Assembly (NCBI GenBank): GCA_963802945.1
Contig: CAWDKY010000015.1
Coordinates: 384,001-448,000 of the forward strand
Reading direction: 5' to 3'
Length of the DNA: 64,000 nt
Source: an uncultured delta proteobacterium
Lineage (GTDB): Bacteria; Desulfobacterota; RBG-13-43-22
This document shows, one piece after another, positions 58,317-64,000 of the stretch; positions within the stretch are counted from its first letter, which is position 1; each line of letters begins with the position of its first letter. The notes below the pieces were generated by a model, which was not told the DNA's origin, made no database searches, and saw nothing but the letters and a program-made list of their open reading frames with translations. A program made the translations under genes and the position numbers.

Positions 58317-59003
58317 ATGGAAAAAATGAAAACAGGGAAGGTTTTGACCTTAGATGAAAAGGCTACTGAAATAGATAAAGGTTTGAATCAAGCTTATCCC
58401 CAAGCCCGATGTTCCCTCCATTTTAAAAATCCCTTGGAGCTCTTGATCGCCACCATCCTATCAGCCCAGTGCACAGACAAACGGGTCAACGAGGTAACCA
58501 GGACCCTGTTTAAAAAATATAAGACCGCCCAAGATTATGTCCGGGTTCCCCTAATGGATCTGGAGGAAGATATCAGGCCTACGGGGTTCTTTCATAACAA
58601 GGCCAAGAATATTCAACAATGCTGCCGGGAATTGATTAATCAATATCAAGGAAAAGTACCTCAGACTATGGAGGAGCTGGTAGCCTTGCCGGGGATCGGC
58701 CGCAAAACCGCCAATGTAGTCCTGGGCAATGCCTTCGGCATTCCCGGGATTGTCGTCGATACCCATGTGGGCCGGATCTCCCAGCGACTGGGCCTGACTC
58801 AAGAAAAAGACCCGGTCAAGATCGAGTTCGCCTTGATGCCTTTGATCCTCAAGAAGCATTGGATTGTTTTTTCACACCAGATGATTGAACACGGTCGAAT
58901 GCTTTGTACGGCCCTTGCCCCCAAGTGTCCTTCCTGTTTTCTGCGGCCTTTTTGTGATTTCGGAAATCGGGAGGATCACTTTCTGAGAGGGGGAAAGAAA
59001 TGA
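58317..59003 (+). CDS. nth: Endonuclease III
   Basis: LIATILSAQCTD, LPGIGRKTANVVL, VDTHV, C-terminal 4-Cys cluster. Confidence 0.96.
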   Translation: MEKMKTGKVLTLDEKATEIDKGLNQAYPQARCSLHFKNPLELLIATILSAQCTDKRVNEVTRTLFKKYKTAQDYVRVPLMDLEEDIRPTGFFHNKAKNIQQCCRELINQYQGKVPQTMEELVALPGIGRKTANVVLGNAFGIPGIVVDTHVGRISQRLGLTQEKDPVKIEFALMPLILKKHWIVFSHQMIEHGRMLCTALAPKCPSCFLRPFCDFGNREDHFLRGGKK

Positions 59004-59104
59004 ATCAACCTGCCGCTGATTCCCTTCCTTTGGTTGAGATAAAAAACCTTTTCAAATCTTACTATCGGGGCGGTCAACAAATCCCCATTAGAGAATACCG
59101 ATAA
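59000..59104 (+). pseudogene. N-terminal stub of a LolD/MacB-type ABC ATPase
   Basis: LVEIKNLFKSYYRGGQQIP then stop; coupled to nth stop. Confidence 0.55.
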
Positions 59105-59411
59105 AAATCAGGCAAAGAACCACTACGATTAGAATGACCCGTCCTTTTTTCTGAGGTCTGACTAATAGGGCAGACGCCGATCCGTTTCTAGAAATCTTAA
59201 GTTGAGAGAGATCTTCTTTTTCCATTTGTCTTTTTCCCCTCAATCTGATATATTTTTTAATAGATATTAATGGTTCATGCCTTTTAGGGGCACCTTCAAG
59301 ACATGAAAATTGATTTCGCCGAATTATTTTCTTTTTAAATGAGTCGTTTCCCCTAACTGTCCTGCTTCCCCGGACTTCTTTAAAATTGGCTCTCAGTAAT
59401 TTTCAAGTTAA

Positions 59412-59488
59412 GGGCGATTAGCTCAGGTGGATAGAGCGTTGGTCTCCGGAACCAAAGGCCGTGGGTTCAAGTCCCGCATCGCCCGCCA
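59412..59488 (+). tRNA. tRNA-Arg(CCG)
   Basis: GGGCGAT/ATCGCCC acceptor stem, anticodon arm TTGGT-CTCCGGA-ACCAA, TTCAAGT loop, encoded CCA. Confidence 0.96.
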
Positions 59489-59499
59489 AGTAAAAATAA

Positions 59500-59800
59500 C
59501 CACTTACATCTTTTGAGTTCTCTTTATAAGTCAATTTTACCTCATTTTCTAACGATATTCTAACGGAGTTCAAAGAACTCTCCAAAAGATCCACTTGTTG
59601 CCGATTAAAATTGGCATCATTAAACAAGTGCCCATAAACATCAAGGGTGATCTGGATACTGGAATGTCCCAGTTGAGTGGATAAATATTTGATGTTTTGG
59701 TTGGCCAGGATTCGCATGGAAGCGTTAGTATGTCTTAACGAATAAAAAGATACCTGTCTTAATCCCGCCCGTCTTAAGGCCGGGTTAAAATACCTTTTGG
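59500..59800 (-). pseudogene. Tyrosine integrase C-terminal relic
   Basis: PALRRAGLRQVSFYSLRHTNAS...QLGHSSIQITLDVYGHL, convergent on the tRNA 3' end. Confidence 0.85.
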
Positions 59801-60137
59801 CTACATTATCGTGAGAGGAAGGCTTCCCGTCTGCTCCCGGAAAGACAAGATCAAGCTCCCCAATAGGACAGCGAAGTTTCCACTTTTTAAGCTCTTGAAT
59901 AAGATGGTTTGATACATCGACTCTCCGAATTGAATCAAAGCTCTAGAGTAGGTCCTGAAATAAGCCATTATTTTGCCTGCAATTTTTAAGTATTTCAAGT
60001 CAATAAAATTACTTGACATTTTGTTCATTATATTAAAAAATAAAATTATATTTAGTGAAAACTGATTTGAAAAACGAATAAGGTATCAGGAAAAATTGCA
60101 TAAACCAACCGAGGCCAGGCCATCCATGGAGGTGTTT

Positions 60138-60776
60138 ATGATTAAATCTATACTAAAGCGATCAAGTCTTTTTATATTTACCGTTTTATGCCTGTCGAGT
60201 CTTATTCTCCCTTTCTCTTTGTCCGCTGCTGGGGAGTCGAATACTCTGGAGGCCTCCATAGCGGCTGATGTGGCCTCAGGCCGGGATATTGCCCAAATTA
60301 TTCAAAGCGCCATTGCTGGCGGAATGAGCCTGGAAGATGCCATCGGGGCAATTATTAAGGCCGGGGGCGATCCGGCCAATGTTACCTATCTGGCCATTAC
60401 CGCCAAGTATCCGGCGGGATCTGTGGTTAAAGGCGCCTGTGAGGGTATTGCTAAAATGAAGTTATCAAGAGAGGATTTATTGAAGGGAATAACTCTTATT
60501 TTTTCAGCCGCAATTCAGGCCGGAGCAAGCCAAACCCAGATTTGTAAGAGCTGCTTAGCAGCAGGAGTGGATTCGACACTAATCGCCAATGCCTATAGCG
60601 AGGCCTCCACAACCCAGGGACCGGCATTCGGATATACCCCTCCGGGCGGCCCAACGGGCCTCGGCTTTGGAGCACCCGGACCCGGTTCGGGTGGCTCCGG
60701 AGGAGGAGGTGGTGGTGGTGGTGGAGGAGCTGCAATAAAAATAAGAACCGCCAGTCGGTATAAGCCTTTACCTTAA
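60138..60776 (+). CDS. Secreted Ala/Gly-rich hypothetical protein
   Basis: GGAGG RBS, signal peptide, Gly-rich tail. Confidence 0.7.
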   Translation: MIKSILKRSSLFIFTVLCLSSLILPFSLSAAGESNTLEASIAADVASGRDIAQIIQSAIAGGMSLEDAIGAIIKAGGDPANVTYLAITAKYPAGSVVKGACEGIAKMKLSREDLLKGITLIFSAAIQAGASQTQICKSCLAAGVDSTLIANAYSEASTTQGPAFGYTPPGGPTGLGFGAPGPGSGGSGGGGGGGGGGAAIKIRTASRYKPLP

Positions 60777-61025
60777 TAATCCTGATAAGCTAATAAGATG
60801 GGAAAAGAAGTTTTGACCCAGGAGTAGATCGCCCTGGGCGAAAGAAAAGGCCTGCTTATTCTCGGCAATCAAGTCAGACTAAAGCGGACGGATGGTTCCA
60901 AGGTCTTTAAACTTTAACCGGTTTTTCAAACTAAAAGGGATTCTTTTGTGCTATTCACTATCTTAACGCCAATGAATTTTTTGCTCTTCGCCTTTAGCCT
61001 AATGCTGTTGTCGGTTCTGAAGCAG

Positions 61026-61397
61026 ATGATCCCTATTAGTCGTTCACGGTCTTTGTCGGTTCTGCTGGTTTTTTTTGTCCTGGAGGGGTCTCTTTGGGCG
61101 GAAGCTCGGCCCGGCCTTATTCCCAAAGTGCAAGGCAGGGTTACGGTCAGATTACTCAGTGAGGAAAAGGCAACTCCCGTAAAGGCAGGTGACCCTGTTT
61201 TAGTCGGCCATTTGGTCCAGACGGAAAAAGAATCTAAGGCACAAATAGTTTTGAAGGACGATTCCCTTATCACTATTCTGCCGGAGAGCGAATTAAGGAT
61301 AAATCAATATAGCTATTCGTCCCGGGAAAAAAGAGCACGGGTGATAATCCAGGTATTTCACGGTAAAAGAAAATTATCAATACGCTTAGACGACTAA
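61026..61397 (+). CDS. FecR-domain protein, probably truncated
   Basis: KVQGRV...GDPV..GHLVQT..ESKAQIVLKDDSLITILPESELRI. Confidence 0.6.
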   Translation: MIPISRSRSLSVLLVFFVLEGSLWAEARPGLIPKVQGRVTVRLLSEEKATPVKAGDPVLVGHLVQTEKESKAQIVLKDDSLITILPESELRINQYSYSSREKRARVIIQVFHGKRKLSIRLDD

Positions 61398-61520
61398 GAA
61401 TCTATTCGGCTTACCGTTTATTTGTTTTTCTTTACCTCTCTCAACCTTTCTTTGACAATATTGGGAAACAATAACAGCCTCCCCTTGACCCCGGTCCTTG
61501 ATTAGGGCATACTAACAGAC

Positions 61521-62591
61521 ATGCAAATTGGAATTATTGGACTCCCGCAAACAGGAAAGACGACCCTGTTTCAAGCCTTGGCCGGAGGAGAAAAAGCGAT
61601 CTCAGCTTATGCTTCCGGAAAATTAGAAATCCATACCGCAATGGCCGAGATACCCGACCCGAGGGTTGATCAACTTACAAAGATTTTTAAACCCAAAAAG
61701 ACCGTCTATGCCCAGGTAACCTTTGCCGATATCGCCGGACTGGATAAAGGGCTCAGTGAAAAGGGGCTTCCTGGGGCCTTTGTCAACCTCCTTGGTCAGA
61801 TGGACGCCTTCGTCCATGTCTTACGGGCCTTTGATAATCCTTCTGTAGCTCATAGTGAGGGTTCTATCAATCCCATTAGGGATCTTACCCTTCTCGATAC
61901 CGAGTTTTTATTGCAGGATCTCGCTGCCGTTGAGCGACGGTATGACCGGCTCTTGGAAGGCCTGAAAAAGGGGTCTCTGGACCGGGAACAGGGTCTTAAA
62001 GAAAAACAATGGCTCGAATCCATGAAGGCGGCCCTGGAAGAAGAAAAACCCTTGCGGGACCTGGGGCTGAGTGACGAAACCATCAAGCCCTTTCGGGGAT
62101 ATGGTTTTTTATCCCTCAAACCGGTATTAGTGGTGGTCAATACCGGGGATGATAGAAAAACAATGGATATTCCATATCAGCATCAAGCCAGTGCCGTGGT
62201 TTATCTGTCAGCCAGGCTGGAAAAGGAGATCTCGGAACTGCCTCCGGATGATGCCGCCGTGTTTATGCAAGAATATGCCTTAACTGAATTAAGTCGCAGC
62301 CGGGTACTCCAGCTTTCTTATGATCTGCTTGGTCTGCAATCCTTTTTCACGGTTGGTGAAGACGAGGTGCGTGCCTGGACCATCAGGCGTGAAGCCACGG
62401 CTCTGGAAGCCGCAGCCACGGTCCATTCAGACCTGGCCAAGGGATTCATCCGGGCCGAGGTGGTGGGATATGAGGAATTGATCGAACTGGGAGGAATGAA
62501 TCAGGCTAAAAACAAGGGCAAGCTTCGTTTGGAAGGCAAAGACTATAAGGTCCAAGACGGAGAGATCGTTCACATCAGACACAGTTCTTGA
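61521..62591 (+). CDS. ychF: Redox-regulated ATPase YchF family
   Basis: GIIGLPQTGKTTLF, DIAGL, FFTVGEDEVRAWTI, GFIRAEV, RLEGKDY. Confidence 0.92.
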   Translation: MQIGIIGLPQTGKTTLFQALAGGEKAISAYASGKLEIHTAMAEIPDPRVDQLTKIFKPKKTVYAQVTFADIAGLDKGLSEKGLPGAFVNLLGQMDAFVHVLRAFDNPSVAHSEGSINPIRDLTLLDTEFLLQDLAAVERRYDRLLEGLKKGSLDREQGLKEKQWLESMKAALEEEKPLRDLGLSDETIKPFRGYGFLSLKPVLVVVNTGDDRKTMDIPYQHQASAVVYLSARLEKEISELPPDDAAVFMQEYALTELSRSRVLQLSYDLLGLQSFFTVGEDEVRAWTIRREATALEAAATVHSDLAKGFIRAEVVGYEELIELGGMNQAKNKGKLRLEGKDYKVQDGEIVHIRHSS

Positions 62592-62748
62592 TTGAAAGGC
62601 CTTAGAGAAAATTACAGGTTGCTGAAACCGGGTAACCCCCGAAGGGGTGGGAGTGAGACGAAAGGTTTTCTTTATTCTGTTAAGGATAAACCGAAGATAT
62701 TAGAAATTCAAATTTTTTCTCCATGTTCAATGCCTCGTGTTACAGAAT

Positions 62749-63414
62749 TTAAACCGCCCTGCTCCGATTATTTTTTGAAGATTCCATCCGTTGACGAAAG
62801 AATTCAATAATACCCGGCAGCACAGAGATGAAAATAATGGCAAAAATAACAAGGGTAAAGTTCCGTTTGACCACAGGTATATTGCCGAAGTAAAACCCGC
62901 CTAACACGAAGACAGGAATCCAACAGATGCTGCCCGCCACGCTGAAGGTGATGAACTGGCTGTATCTCATTTTTCCTATGCCGGCCACAAAGGGGGCAAA
63001 GGTGCGCACGATAGGGACGAAGCGGGCGAGAATGATGGTTTTTCGCCCGTACTTTTCATAAAAGTTATGGGTCCTGTCGAGGTACGCCTTGTTGATGAAC
63101 CGGGAACCCTTACCGGCGAGAAGTTTTGCCCCGATACCCCGGCCTATCCAGTAGTTTGTCGAGTCGCCCGCTATGGCAGCAAGGGGAAGAGAAGCAGCGA
63201 GCCACCCAATATCGAGAGCGCTAAGGGCGGCGAAACTGCCCGCAGCAAAGAGGAGCGAATCTCCTGGAAGGAATGGGGTAACCACCAGCCCGGTTTCAAT
63301 AAAAATGATGACAAAAAGGATCAGATAAGTCCAGAGGCCGTAATCCCGGATAATGACACTCAAATGTTGATCCAGGTGTAAAAACAGGTCTATAAAATAG
63401 GCTATCCATTCCAT
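62749..63414 (-). CDS. dedA: DedA family membrane protein
   Basis: ETGLVVTPFLPGDSLLFAAG, ARFVPIVRTFAPFVAG. Confidence 0.95.
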   Translation of the reverse strand: MEWIAYFIDLFLHLDQHLSVIIRDYGLWTYLILFVIIFIETGLVVTPFLPGDSLLFAAGSFAALSALDIGWLAASLPLAAIAGDSTNYWIGRGIGAKLLAGKGSRFINKAYLDRTHNFYEKYGRKTIILARFVPIVRTFAPFVAGIGKMRYSQFITFSVAGSICWIPVFVLGGFYFGNIPVVKRNFTLVIFAIIFISVLPGIIEFFRQRMESSKNNRSRAV

Positions 63415-63549
63415 GAGGTCTGGGGTGTTCCCTTCCTTATTAATATTAATCAATGTGGTTGAAACATACCATACCCGATCCAAGTATTGCAAGGTAAGTT
63501 CAAGGGGAACTTATTTGATCAAATGGAAAGAAAATGATAACTTAGTGTA

Positions 63550-63783
63550 ATGTCAGATCAAGATTTTCAAATTGAAGTGTCCTGTTACTCGGGCTTCAGG
63601 TATGGGGAGAGACCGATTTCTTTTAAACTCCTGGAAAGGACCTTTAAGGTCATAGAGATCCTGGATCAATGGTATGGGGAAGACCATCTTTATTTTAAAA
63701 TCAAGGCCGATGATCAGAGGGTTTATCTGCTGAAATACGAACAAGCTAAAGATCAATGGTCCCTGACAGGCATGATTCCCTAA
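63550..63783 (+). CDS. Conserved small hypothetical protein
   Basis: VSCYSGFRYGERPISF...ILDQWYG...YFK. Confidence 0.7.
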   Translation: MSDQDFQIEVSCYSGFRYGERPISFKLLERTFKVIEILDQWYGEDHLYFKIKADDQRVYLLKYEQAKDQWSLTGMIP

Positions 63784-64000
63784 AAAGACCTCTTCCTTTT
63801 CTTGGATTTCACCGTGGATTTGTCTTTCAGAAATAGAGGAGTGGCCTTAAAAAATATTTGACAAGGTGCGCCCTTCTGAAGGCAACTGATTGTTGTAACC
63901 AGGAAAGGTTATGAATTGCTGAATGTATTGCTCGAAGATATTTTGTGTGTGTGGGGGGTTAATAAACGACTTAATGTTGCAAAAAAAAGCCAAATTTTTT

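Noticed and set aside
60696-60730. GGA/GGT trinucleotide run as contingency locus
   Set aside because: In-frame poly-Gly linker; length change would not switch phase
62620-62665. Riboswitch or ncRNA after ychF
   Set aside because: Only a small CCCC-GAA-GGGG hairpin between convergent genes; no recognisable aptamer consensus

Overview
Bacterial chromosomal window. Gene content (DUF362/4Fe-4S cluster, ADP-forming acyl-CoA synthetases, TIGR03960-type radical SAM protein) suggests an anaerobic Desulfobacterota/deltaproteobacterial genome (inference). 1-6.7 kb: surface-glycan modification genes (GT-C glycosyltransferase, MBOAT + AlgJ-like acetyltransferase) among IS91-family remnants whose ends carry outward sigma70 promoters. 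6.9-11.6 kb: Tat/Fe-S redox cluster. 12-25.4 kb: patchwork of unrelated accessory genes separated by 7 co-oriented ~58-bp hairpin repeats (GGGGACGGTTC-core-GAACCGTCCCC) plus orphan attC-like sites; it contains a MerB-like lyase with two in-frame UGA codons at the catalytic Cys positions, each followed by a SECIS-like hairpin, and one gene present twice. 25.4-33 kb: defence island (R-M pair, broken DUF262/DUF1524 nuclease, IS30, toxin-antitoxin pairs). 33-50 kb: acyl-CoA/hydrolase catabolic genes. 50-64 kb: mostly core genes (radical SAM, beta-CASP, LOG, NUDIX, nth, tRNA-Arg with an integrase relic, ychF, dedA). Several genes carry single-base frameshifts that may be assembly errors. All family calls are by motif recognition; no database searches were run.
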